Source: Pyrodictium occultum
GTDB lineage: Archaea; Thermoproteota; Thermoprotei_A; Sulfolobales; Pyrodictiaceae
NCBI RefSeq assembly: GCF_001462395.1
Contig: NZ_LNTB01000001.1
Location: 360,001 to 392,000 of the forward strand
Length of the DNA stretch: 32,000 nucleotides
Reading direction: 5' to 3'
Shown: piece by piece, positions 24,696 through 32,000 of the stretch
Layout of the letters: the number at the start of each line of letters is the position of its first letter
Numbering within the stretch: the stretch's first letter is position 1
Notes under the pieces: model-generated
Databases searched by the model: none
Seen by the model: the letters and a program-made list of their open reading frames with translations, nothing else
Told to the model about the DNA's origin: nothing
Program-made: the position numbers and the translations under genes

Positions 24696-25373
24696 ATGGA
24701 CTCAGTGGCCCGGGAGCAGGGGGTACGAGGCCTGGTGCTGAGGACCCTGGCGCTCACCCCCAGCGGGGCGCTCAGCCCGGGACCCCTCTCCGCCAGCGCG
24801 GTGGCGGTGGGCGCCCTCCTCGGCCCCCTGGGCGGCGTGCTCGTGGCACTCGGCCACATGCTGTTCGAGCTGCCCTACGTGGCGCTTCTGGTCAAGTGGG
24901 CCGAGAGGTTCGAGGGGGTGCTCCGCCGGCTCGAGAAGCCCCTAGATGTGGCCGTGGCGGCCTTCATAGCCTACTTCGCCTACGGGCTCTTCCAGAGCGC
25001 TGCGGCGGCCCTCCACGGGGCCGGCATGGAGGGAGCCGGGGTTGCCGTGGGGGGCGGGGCCCTCGGGGCCATCGCCACCGGGCTGGCGCTGACCGGGCTC
25101 AACCCCTACTTCCTAGCCTGGTGGGTCACGGTGGCGCTGCCCCTGGTCCGGGGCGCAGCCGCCCACGGCGCCAAGGGGTTCGCCGCGATGTACCTCGGCC
25201 ACGTCTGGATGGACTACGCGTGGCTGGCCCTCCTGGCGGCCGCCGGGGCCGGGCTCTCGAGGATGACGGGGCTCTACGCCGCCCTCCTGGCCGGGCTAGG
25301 CGTGCTGCTCCTGGCCTTCGCCGCCGACATGCTCGCGAGGAGCCTGGCTGGGAGGCGCCTACTACCCTTCTAG
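24696..25373 (+). CDS. LysE/RhtB-type exporter-like membrane protein
   Basis: 225 aa and polytopic. It has LSPGPL near the N-terminus and LNPYFLAWW mid-protein, as in LysE-family translocators. The overlapping 24686-25477 ORF is Arg/Gly junk. Confidence 0.55.
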   Translation: MDSVAREQGVRGLVLRTLALTPSGALSPGPLSASAVAVGALLGPLGGVLVALGHMLFELPYVALLVKWAERFEGVLRRLEKPLDVAVAAFIAYFAYGLFQSAAAALHGAGMEGAGVAVGGGALGAIATGLALTGLNPYFLAWWVTVALPLVRGAAAHGAKGFAAMYLGHVWMDYAWLALLAAAGAGLSRMTGLYAALLAGLGVLLLAFAADMLARSLAGRRLLPF

Positions 25374-25410
25374 ACCCGGGGGGCCTAGGCTCCGCGGGGG
25401 CGCGTCGGGG

Positions 25411-25809
25411 ATGCTGGACCCTAGGAGGGAGGCGCGGAGGCTCACGATCCAGCTGGAGAACTTCATCAGGGTGCTGAGGAGAATTCCGGGTCTCGAGAAG
25501 CCGAGCGCCAAGACCATGAGGGGTGTGATAGCCGATTTCCTGAAGTATATGAGCGACCTAGCGGTTTACGCGCAGCGCCTGGGCGTAGGCAGTGAGAGCC
25601 TCTACGCGCTCATGGCCCGGTGCAGCAAGCTCCTCACCGAGGTGGGGTGGGCCATAGGCACCCTCGACGCGGCCGCAGCGCTGCAGGAGATAGACACTGC
25701 TAGGGCAGTCAGGAGCCTCGCCGAGAGGCTCGTCTCCGACCCCTGCATGGGGGAGCTCGAGGAGGAGCTCCGGAAGATAAGGATGATGGTTGAGGGAGGA
25801 GAGGGCTAG
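25411..25809 (+). CDS. Hypothetical helical protein
   Basis: 132-aa ORF with normal-looking composition. The stop overlaps the pdxT stop region. No family recognised. Confidence 0.45.
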   Translation: MLDPRREARRLTIQLENFIRVLRRIPGLEKPSAKTMRGVIADFLKYMSDLAVYAQRLGVGSESLYALMARCSKLLTEVGWAIGTLDAAAALQEIDTARAVRSLAERLVSDPCMGELEEELRKIRMMVEGGEG

Positions 25810-26408
25810 CGCTTAACCCTCTCCATGAAGTAGCGGTGGAGCCTCGTATCGCCGGTCAGCTCCGGGTGGAAGGCTAGGGCCAGCTTCCCGTCCTCCTCTG
25901 CAGCCACGGCAACCCCGTCTAGCTCCGCGAGCTTCTGGGTCCTGCCCCAGAGCCTGGTTATCGCGGGGGCTCGGATGAAGACGCCGCGGAACGGCTTCCC
26001 GCCTATCGCGGGTATCCTCAAGTCCACCTCGAAGCTCTCCCTCTGCCTCCCGAAGTAGTTCCTCACCACCTCGATATCCATGACCGCTAGGAGGGGCTGC
26101 TTGGTCTCGCCTACCACGCGGTCGCGGACGCTCTTGGCCAGGAGCGCTGCGCCGGCGCAGGTGCCCATGGCGGGGAGCCCGGAGGCTAGGAGGTCGCGTA
26201 GCTCTTCTAGGAGGCCTAAGCGGCGGGCCACCACGCCTATCGTGGTGCTCTCCCCGCCGGGTATTATCACGGCGTCCACGCCGCGCAGGTCGCTCGGCTT
26301 CCTGACGAACACCGGCTCTATGCTCCAGCCTGTCTCGCCTGCAAGCTTGCGGAGCATGTAGTGGTGTTCGTAGAAGCCGCCCTGGAGGGCTATTATCCCG
26401 ATCTTCAA
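25806..26408 (-). CDS. pdxT: Pyridoxal 5'-phosphate synthase glutaminase subunit PdxT
   Basis: It has MKIGIIALQGG, IIPGGESTT, GTCAG (catalytic Cys) and FHPELT. It lies 3 nt downstream of pdxS. Confidence 0.9.
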   Translation of the reverse strand: MKIGIIALQGGFYEHHYMLRKLAGETGWSIEPVFVRKPSDLRGVDAVIIPGGESTTIGVVARRLGLLEELRDLLASGLPAMGTCAGAALLAKSVRDRVVGETKQPLLAVMDIEVVRNYFGRQRESFEVDLRIPAIGGKPFRGVFIRAPAITRLWGRTQKLAELDGVAVAAEEDGKLALAFHPELTGDTRLHRYFMERVKR

Positions 26409-26411
26409 GGG

Positions 26412-27470
26412 CTACTCTCCCCTCACCTGGAGCAGCTCCTCGGGCTTGAGCCTGCGTATATCTATCCCCATCATGCTCTTCTGCTCGCTGATCATAGCCT
26501 GTGCCTCGGCGACTGTCTCAGGGTCGTGCCACATGCTGGTGGCCAGGACTATGGCCTCGGCCCTCTCCCTGGGGTCCTTGCTCTTGAATATTCCGGAGCC
26601 CACGAAGACGCCGTCGGCGCCCAGCCACATCATGAGCGCGGCGTCGGCGGGGGTGGCTATTCCGCCGGCGGCGAAGTTCACTACCGGGAGGCGGCCGAGC
26701 CGGGCGGTGAGGTCTACCAGCTGGTGGGGGACCCCGTACTCGCGGGCCGCCCTGAGCCTCTCCTCCGGGGTCATGCTCCTCAGCTTCATTATCTCCCCGA
26801 CTATTATCTTCATGTGCCTCACCGCCTCGGCCACGTTGCCGGTGCCCGCCTCGCCCTTGGTGCGTATCATCGCCGCGCCCTCGGTTATCCTGCGGAGCGC
26901 CTCGCCGAGGTTGCGGGCGCCGTTGACGAAGGGCACCTTGAAGAGCCACTTGTTGATGTGGTGCTTCTCGTCAACCGGCGTGAGCACCTCACTCTCATCT
27001 ATCATGTCGACGCCTATGCTCTCGAGCACCGCGGCCTCGTAGTAGTGGCCTATACGCACCTTAGCCATCACTGGTATGGTTACCGTGTCCATCACCTGCT
27101 GTATAACCCTTACATCAGCCATTCTCGCTACGCCGCCCTGGCGGCGGATGTCGTAGGGCAGCTTGTCGAGCACCATGACGGAGGCTGCGCCCGCCTCCTC
27201 CGCTATCCCGGCCTGCTCGGTATTGGTGACGTCCATGCAGACGCCGCCCTTCTGGTACACGGGGAACCCGTACTTGACGCGGAGCGTGCCGCGGGCCGGC
27301 ACCTCTATGTAGTCGGGGAGCCTCTCGGGCCCATAGTTGAGCCAGAAGCCCTCCTCCCTCAGCTTGTCAGCCGCCTCGGCGAGCCTGTAGAAGAAGTCCA
27401 CTATGGTCTCGAAGCCGACCTCGTAGAGGCGGGCCCGCTCCACGACGGGGTGGTAGGGCGGGAGCACCAT
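26412..27470 (-). CDS. pdxS: Pyridoxal 5'-phosphate synthase lyase subunit PdxS
   Basis: It has [60 protein letters not shown] and [14 protein letters not shown]. The N-terminus is somewhat extended. Confidence 0.95.
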   Translation of the reverse strand: MVLPPYHPVVERARLYEVGFETIVDFFYRLAEAADKLREEGFWLNYGPERLPDYIEVPARGTLRVKYGFPVYQKGGVCMDVTNTEQAGIAEEAGAASVMVLDKLPYDIRRQGGVARMADVRVIQQVMDTVTIPVMAKVRIGHYYEAAVLESIGVDMIDESEVLTPVDEKHHINKWLFKVPFVNGARNLGEALRRITEGAAMIRTKGEAGTGNVAEAVRHMKIIVGEIMKLRSMTPEERLRAAREYGVPHQLVDLTARLGRLPVVNFAAGGIATPADAALMMWLGADGVFVGSGIFKSKDPRERAEAIVLATSMWHDPETVAEAQAMISEQKSMMGIDIRRLKPEELLQVRGE

Positions 27471-27637
27471 AGCTGCCAGCCGAGGGTTTGCTCCAGGCAG
27501 TCGGGGCTGGATAAACTTAAGCCTCCACGCCAGCGTGGCAGAGGCCGTGCATGGCCGCGGGGAGCGGTGTGGCTAGCTTTATCTAGAAGGGTTCTCCGGA
27601 TCCGTTTCGGGTTCGGAGAAGGCTGCCTGGGGGCGGT

Positions 27638-27994
27638 GTGCCGGGGATGACGCTGGATACCGTGGATAAGGTGCTTACAGGCCTGATAGTGCTTCTTATA
27701 ATAGGCTATGTAGGGATCAACCTCGTGGCTCCTCTGCCCAGGTTCCTCGTGGGGGAGAACATTGTTCTAGCAGTGGCCTACGCCGCTGGTCTAGCCTGGC
27801 TGCTTAGGGGCTCGCGGGCCACCTACCCCTACCTCGTGGCCCTCGCCGGGTTCAACGCGGGAAGGGTGTCCAGGAGCGTGGTGGAGCCCACGGGGGCGCC
27901 GGGCAGGCTCGCCGCCCAGCACGTGCCGCTCCTCCTAGTAGTGCTGCTCGTGGCTCTTCTAGCGCTCTACCAGGATCTCCGTAAGAGGCAGTAG
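27638..27994 (+). CDS. Small hypothetical membrane protein
   Basis: 118 aa with 3-4 hydrophobic helices and no family recognised. Confidence 0.45.
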   Translation: MPGMTLDTVDKVLTGLIVLLIIGYVGINLVAPLPRFLVGENIVLAVAYAAGLAWLLRGSRATYPYLVALAGFNAGRVSRSVVEPTGAPGRLAAQHVPLLLVVLLVALLALYQDLRKRQ

Positions 27995-28028
27995 GGGCCG
28001 CGCCCCCGGGAGCCCCTGGTGGGAGGGT

Positions 28029-29003
28029 GTGCTCGTAGCCGGCGTGGACGCGGGCGCCACACGCACCAGGGCCCTCGTCTACGACACGGGCAGCGGCGGT
28101 GTTTGGGCCGGGAGCGCCGGGCCCGGGAACCCGGTGAACGTTGGGGCTGCCTCCGCGGGCGCGGCGGTGAGGGAGGCTGTGGAGGCCGCGCTCCGGGGCA
28201 CGGGGCACCGGGCCAGCAGGGTCTCCCTGGTGGTCGCCGGGTTCGCGGGGCTCGACAGCAGGCTGCTGGCGGGGCAGCTAGCCGGGCTCATAGCCTCTGC
28301 GAGCGGCTACGGGGGCAGGCTGGTGGTTGAGCACGACGCCCATATAGCGCTCGTGCACGCCACGGGCGGCGGGCCCGGGGCACTGGTGATAGCTGGGACG
28401 GGGAGCATAGCCTACGCCCTCACCCCCCGGGGCGAGAGGATAATAGTCGGGGACCATGGCTGGCTCCTCGGCGACGAGGGCAGCGGCTTCTGGGTGGCCA
28501 GGGAGGCGCTCCGCACGCTCCTCCGGGCTCTAGACGGCCGCGGGGAGCACAGCTGCCTCACCAGGGTGCTCGCGTCTACCCTGGGCGTGACCAGTGGGGA
28601 CGAGCTGGCCTACTGGTTCTACCTCACCCGGGGAAGGGTGGATAAGATAGCCTCGCTCGCGCCACGCGTGGCGGAGGCGGCAGAGGAGGGCTGCATGGAG
28701 GCTCGCAGCATCCTCGAGAGGGGCGCCGTGGAGCTGGCGGAGGCGGCCCGGGTCGCGGCGGAGAAGGCCGGGGCGGAGATCGTATACACCACCGGCTCTA
28801 TGTTCAAGAGTAGGGTGTTCGCCGAAAGGTTCCGGAGGGAGCTCGAGGCCCACGGGATAGGGGTGAGCGGCAAAAGGGTCTACCCAGTGGTCGGGGCTCT
28901 CATGCTGGCGCTGGAGAGGCTTGGCCTGAGGCGGGAGAGGGACGCGGTAGCCGAAGACCCCGTGGTGCTGGAGGCCGCCAGAGGCCTCTACGAGCAACAG
29001 TAG
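28029..29003 (+). CDS. BadF/BadG/BcrA/BcrD-type ATPase (N-acetylglucosamine-kinase-like)
   Basis: It has VAGVDAGATRTRALVYD (phosphate-1), VIAGTGSIAY and GWLLGDEGSGFWVAREAL, the ASKHA-fold motifs of this family. GTG start. Confidence 0.8.
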   Translation: MLVAGVDAGATRTRALVYDTGSGGVWAGSAGPGNPVNVGAASAGAAVREAVEAALRGTGHRASRVSLVVAGFAGLDSRLLAGQLAGLIASASGYGGRLVVEHDAHIALVHATGGGPGALVIAGTGSIAYALTPRGERIIVGDHGWLLGDEGSGFWVAREALRTLLRALDGRGEHSCLTRVLASTLGVTSGDELAYWFYLTRGRVDKIASLAPRVAEAAEEGCMEARSILERGAVELAEAARVAAEKAGAEIVYTTGSMFKSRVFAERFRRELEAHGIGVSGKRVYPVVGALMLALERLGLRRERDAVAEDPVVLEAARGLYEQQ

Positions 29004-29174
29004 GAGGGCAGATAGCCGCGCGGGCCCAGCTCCGCCCCGGGGAGAGGTGCTCAGGAACGGCTGCACTGGTCATAAGCTTCTGGGGAAAGGCTGCGCGGGC
29101 AAGACAGCCAAGGCTGGCAAGAATACTCAAAGAGGGGGCTGCATTGAGGCCTGCTGAGGAGGGAGGGGGAAAGG

Positions 29175-29920
29175 CTAGCGGCCCTTGAACCTCGGCTTCC
29201 TCTTCTCCAGGAATGCCGTCACACCCTCTACTACGTCCTCTGTGCTGAAGAGTAGGCCGAAGAGGCTGCTCTCCAGCGCCATGCCGGCCCATATGCTGGT
29301 CTCCATGCCTATTTGAACCGCGTACTTGGCCGTCATGAGCGCCAGCGGCGGCTTTTCCGCGAGCTTCAGTGCAAGCTGGCGGGCCTCATGCTCCAGCTTC
29401 TCGGGGGCACAACCCGGTCGACCAGCCCCATCCTGGCGGCCTCGCCGGCGGGCACCATGTCGCCGGTGTAGATCAGCTCCTTGGTGCGGCTCCTGCCTAT
29501 CAGCCTGGGGAGCCGCTGGGTGCCGCCGGCGCCGGGTATGAATCCCAGGTTTATCTCGGGCTGGCCGAGCATAGCTGTCTCGCTGGCTATCCTGAAGTCG
29601 GCTGCCATGGCGAGTTCTAGGCCGCCGCCCAGGGTGTAGCCGTTTAGCGCTGCTATGATGGGCTTCGTATAGTACTCTATCTTGAAGAGGACCTCCTGGA
29701 ACTTCCTAGAGTACATCATAGCCTTGACCGGCGAGATGCCCGCGAACGCCGTGATGTCAGCCCCTGCGCTGAAGGCGCGGCCGCTGCCAGTCAATACGAC
29801 CACCCTTACCCTGTCATCCTCCTCCAGCTCGTCCAGCGCCTCGCTCAGCTCCCGCAGCATCTCGGGGAGAGGGGCTTGCCCGTCGCCACCGCGGGGCAGG
29901 CGTTGTGGCAGCGGGCGCAC
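29175..29920 (-). pseudogene. Enoyl-CoA hydratase/isomerase (crotonase), N-terminally truncated and frameshifted
   Basis: The core is RVVVLTGSGRAFSAGADI...LNGYTLGGGLELAMAADFRIA...QPEINLGFIPGAGGTQRLPRLIG. The reading frame breaks at a G5/C5 run (29403-29407). The real C-terminus (EKLEHEARQLALKLAEKPPLAL...VTAFLEKRKPRFKGR, stop 29175-29177) continues in another frame. The first about 25-30 residues of a normal crotonase are missing. Confidence 0.75.
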
Positions 29921-30898
29921 TGAGTGCAGGCGTCGTAGTCCATCCTCTGCTTCCAGGTAGTGTCGGACAGCTTCACCACGCCTATGGTGCCGCCCTCCTC
30001 GACCCTCTTCTCCGCGTCCGGGACCGGCCTAAACGCGGCGGGATGGTCGAGCCTGGAGTAGAGGGTGTTGAAAAGCCCGCTCACCACTATATGGGCCAGC
30101 TTGGTCCCCGGCAGGGCGGCTAGCATTAGAGCCGTTAGGGCCAGGTGCACCACTCTGGTCAGCGTGTAGAGCTCCAGGAAGCCGCCGGGTGCCAGGCGCT
30201 CCAGCAGCGGGGCCAGCAGGCGCCCGGAGAAGTCCCACCAGGGTATACCCTGGCGCATATGCGCAACCGCCGTCCCGGCATCGAGAACCATGCCGGTAAC
30301 CACTATGAGCGCAAGCCAGAGAAGCACCAGATGGTCCTCGAGGCCCGTGGGCAGCCCCGGGGTTAGGCCTAGCAGACGGCGCAGCCAGGCAGCAACCACA
30401 CCGGCTCAGGAGCAGGACGCCGCCGAGATTCACTAGCACCCTGAACACTGTGAATACCGGGCCGCTGGGGTACCGGGTCCCAGGCGGGCCGGCGAGATAG
30501 ACCAGACCGGCCAGGAGCAGGAGGACGCCGCCCAAGTATATCAGCAGGTGTATCCCGCCACCCAGGGGCTGCCGGAGCACGCGCGACTGGAGCAGCCCCA
30601 CGGCAGCCAGCCTGCGCAGCCTCTCCCCGAGACGGTCCCAGGGGAGCCGCTGCCCGCCGCGAGTCCACCGGGCTAGGTAACAGTAGAGCCCGTAGAGGAA
30701 AACCAGTAGGCTGCCCAGGACTACAATGCCGCGGAAAAGGTTGTACTCAGTTCCCTGCACCACCGGGTAGCGGAAGGGCCCGCCGGGGGTAACGTGGCAG
30801 GCCAGGCACCGGCCGCGCACCTCCCCCACAGTGGCTGCGGCAGCACCGAGGGGCCAAGACGCCAGGAGGGCCAGGGCTGGCAGCAGCCCATGCCGCAC
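29845..30898 (-). pseudogene. Fusion-type membrane redox protein (signal peptide with CxxCH, NarI-like helices, start of an HdrD-like Fe-S domain), frameshifted and 3'-truncated
   Basis: The 30029-30898 ORF is credible up to ...FRVLVNLGGVLLLS, with a signal-like N-terminus and GRCLACH. The sequence then continues in the 29845-30399 frame (VVAAWLRRLL...HLVLLWLALIVV...PGTKLAHIVVSG...DACTQCARCHNACPAVATGKPLSPR). It stops four codons later, after only one ferredoxin Cys motif and with no CCG domains. The frame switch is near 30395-30405. Confidence 0.65.
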
Positions 30899-31073
30899 AA
30901 AGGTGCACCGGGTACAAGAGAGCCTTCAGGGCAGAGGCGGCGTTAAAAACACAACATGGCGTTCTCAGCCCCGGGGGAGGCGCCTGGCACGCACCAGGGT
31001 GATAGGGCCTCCCTAGAGCCCGGCGGAGCGCAGGCCGCCAGAGGCCGCGGGAGGATCCATTGTTCCGAGGGTG

Positions 31074-31161
31074 TGGCGCCGGGGGCGGGATTTGAACCCG
31101 CGCGGCCTGCGCGGCCACCGGCTCTCAAGGCCGGCCCCTTAGACCGCTCGGGCACCCCGGC
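31074..31161 (-). tRNA. tRNA-Ser (anticodon UGA), class II with long variable arm, CCA encoded
   Basis: The minus strand reads GCCGGGG TG CCCGAGCGGTCTAAGGGG CCGGC CTTGAGA GCCGG TGGCCGCGCAGGCCGC GCGGG TTCAAAT CCCGC CCCCGGC G CCA. It has a 7-bp acceptor stem, 5-bp anticodon and T stems, the anticodon loop CU-UGA-GA and a 16-nt variable arm. Confidence 0.9.
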
Positions 31162-31292
31162 GCCCAGGATGTGTATGAGCCCCTGTGCCCATGTAGAAGG
31201 GTCGGGAAGGCCCGGGGCTATTATTGGGTTAGCCCTGCGGGCTGAGGGGAGGAAACCCTGGGTCTGGAGGACCGGCTTGGAGGGGAAACAAC

Positions 31293-31601
31293 CTAGCGGA
31301 GGCGTATCTCGATATAGACGTCCTCGGGGACGCGAACCCTCATTATCTGCCTCATAACCTTCTCATCCGCATCGAGTATCACTAGGCGCTTATGTATACG
31401 CAGCTCCCACTTGTCCCACTTCTTGGAGCCCTCGCCATGGGGCAGCCGGAGGGTCGGGACTATCAGCCTCTTCGTAGGCAGCGGTATAGGGCCGCGGATG
31501 CGGACCCCCGACTTCTGCGCAATCTTCTTGATCTGGTCTGTAACCATGTTTAGGTTCTCCACGTTAGTGCTCCAGAGCTTTATCTCGGCACGCTGCACCA
31601 T
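31293..31601 (-). CDS. rps10: 30S ribosomal protein S10 (uS10)
   Basis: 102 aa. The sequence [16 protein letters not shown]...[12 protein letters not shown]...[23 protein letters not shown] is the typical archaeal S10 sequence. Confidence 0.95.
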   Translation of the reverse strand: MVQRAEIKLWSTNVENLNMVTDQIKKIAQKSGVRIRGPIPLPTKRLIVPTLRLPHGEGSKKWDKWELRIHKRLVILDADEKVMRQIMRVRVPEDVYIEIRLR

Positions 31602-31765
31602 AGCCTAGTGCCCCCTGGAGCTAGGCCTCGCTCTACACCGGTTTAAAGGGCTTACACGCCGGGGGCCGCCGGAGGGCAGGCCATACCCGCTAAGAGGACC
31701 AGCCAAGGGAGGCAAGGACAAGAGAGGACGCGTGGGCGGAGAGGGTTGCTGGGCTGTAGGAGGGG

Positions 31766-31777
31766 CTTAAAAACATG
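31766..31777 (-). terminator. Oligo-T tract after the EF-1alpha stop
   Basis: The minus strand reads CCATGTTTTTAAGCCC about 10-20 nt downstream of the stop at 31786. Confidence 0.35.
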
Positions 31778-31785
31778 GCAGCTCC

Positions 31786-32000
31786 TTACTTCTTCTTTAT
31801 CTCCACCTTGGCCGGCTTGACGTCGATCACTACGCCTATGCCGACAGTCTTACCCATATCCCTCATAGCGAAGCGGCCGAGCTGCGGGAATTCGCTGTAC
31901 TTCTCAATCACCATAGGCTTGATAGGCTTGAACTTCACTATGGCGGCATCGCCCATCTTTAGGAACTGCGGGTTCTTCTCAACCACCTGGCCGGTCCTCG
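31786..32000 (-). CDS. tuf: Translation elongation factor EF-1alpha, C-terminal part; the 5' end runs off the right edge
   Basis: ...[64 protein letters not shown] is the domain-3 end of aEF-1alpha. The frame is open to position 32000. Confidence 0.9.
   Translation of the reverse strand, partial: RTGQVVEKNPQFLKMGDAAIVKFKPIKPMVIEKYSEFPQLGRFAMRDMGKTVGIGVVIDVKPAKVEIKKK

Noticed and set aside
24686-25477. 263-aa Arg/Gly/Pro-rich ORF overlapping the LysE-like gene in another frame
   Set aside because: Its extreme Arg/Gly/Pro bias is typical of an off-frame reading of a GC-rich membrane-protein gene. The 24696-25373 frame gives sensible transmembrane helices.
26361-27650. 429-aa plus-strand ORF antisense to pdxS and the start of pdxT
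   Set aside because: It is antisense to two strongly conserved genes and has low-complexity Gly/His/Leu/Arg-rich sequence with no motifs. It is a shadow ORF.
29311-29319. ATTTGAACC matching part of the tRNA-Ser T-arm region (31090-31098), considered as a possible att-type direct repeat marking an integrated element next to the tRNA
   Set aside because: Only 9 nt match. The site lies inside the crotonase coding sequence (VQIGME). No integrase or other mobile-element gene lies between the two sites.
31162-31292. C/D-box or other small RNA in the GC-rich spacers around the tRNA and S10 genes; 3587-3739 and 23587-23735 were checked as well
   Set aside because: I found isolated CTGA tetramers and a 7-bp hairpin (GGGCTGC...GCAGCCC at about 3620-3650). 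There was no properly spaced RUGAUGA/CUGA box pair and no recognisable RNA family. That is too little evidence to call.
1-32000. CRISPR arrays, tandem repeats or IS-element termini
   Set aside because: I read every intergenic spacer. The longest are 13996-14291, 18334-18506, 23587-23735, 27471-27637, 29004-29174, 30899-31073 and 31602-31785. None showed regularly spaced direct repeats or terminal inverted repeats flanking a transposase-like ORF. This eye scan would miss diverged or long-range repeats.

Overview
GC-rich archaeal chromosome segment, crenarchaeal in style and most like a sulfur- or hydrogen-respiring member of the Desulfurococcales (possibly Pyrodictiaceae). This placement is an inference from gene content and has not been searched. 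Supporting signs are short AT-rich TATA-like islands in otherwise GC-rich DNA, frequent GTG/TTG starts, GGAGG-type ribosome-binding sites inside operons, and the archaeal EF-1alpha - S10 - tRNA-Ser arrangement at the right edge. The core is a membrane-bound [NiFe]-hydrogenase module. It has a Tat-signal small subunit, an Isp1-like cytochrome-b-type membrane subunit and an Isp2/HdrD-like Fe-S subunit (10118-13995, minus strand). Nearby are a maturation endopeptidase, a hemerythrin-domain protein and hypD-hypC-hypE-hypF (18507-23586). No hydrogenase large-subunit gene is visible anywhere in the window. To the left is a less ordinary cluster (4148-8265). It contains an HdrD-like Fe-S protein, a two-domain protein-disulfide-oxidoreductase-like protein that has lost both CxxC sites, a TusA-like protein, a Cys-free His-rich membrane protein, a membrane-anchored CPHC thioredoxin and a CcdA/DsbD-type transporter. 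I read this as a candidate transmembrane thiol or sulfur relay. Housekeeping genes include a partial homoserine dehydrogenase, a Pab1020-type RNA ligase with its PIN-domain partner, an SDR, pdxS/pdxT, a BadF-type ATPase, an MBL hydrolase and a LysE-type exporter. Four loci look disrupted. These are a class-V aminotransferase with about five frame breaks, a frame-split ORF pair upstream of the hydrogenase protease, a frameshifted and N-terminally truncated enoyl-CoA hydratase, and a frameshifted, 3'-truncated CxxCH/NarI-like/ferredoxin fusion gene joined directly to that hydratase. I saw no CRISPR array, transposase, integrase or obvious defence system.
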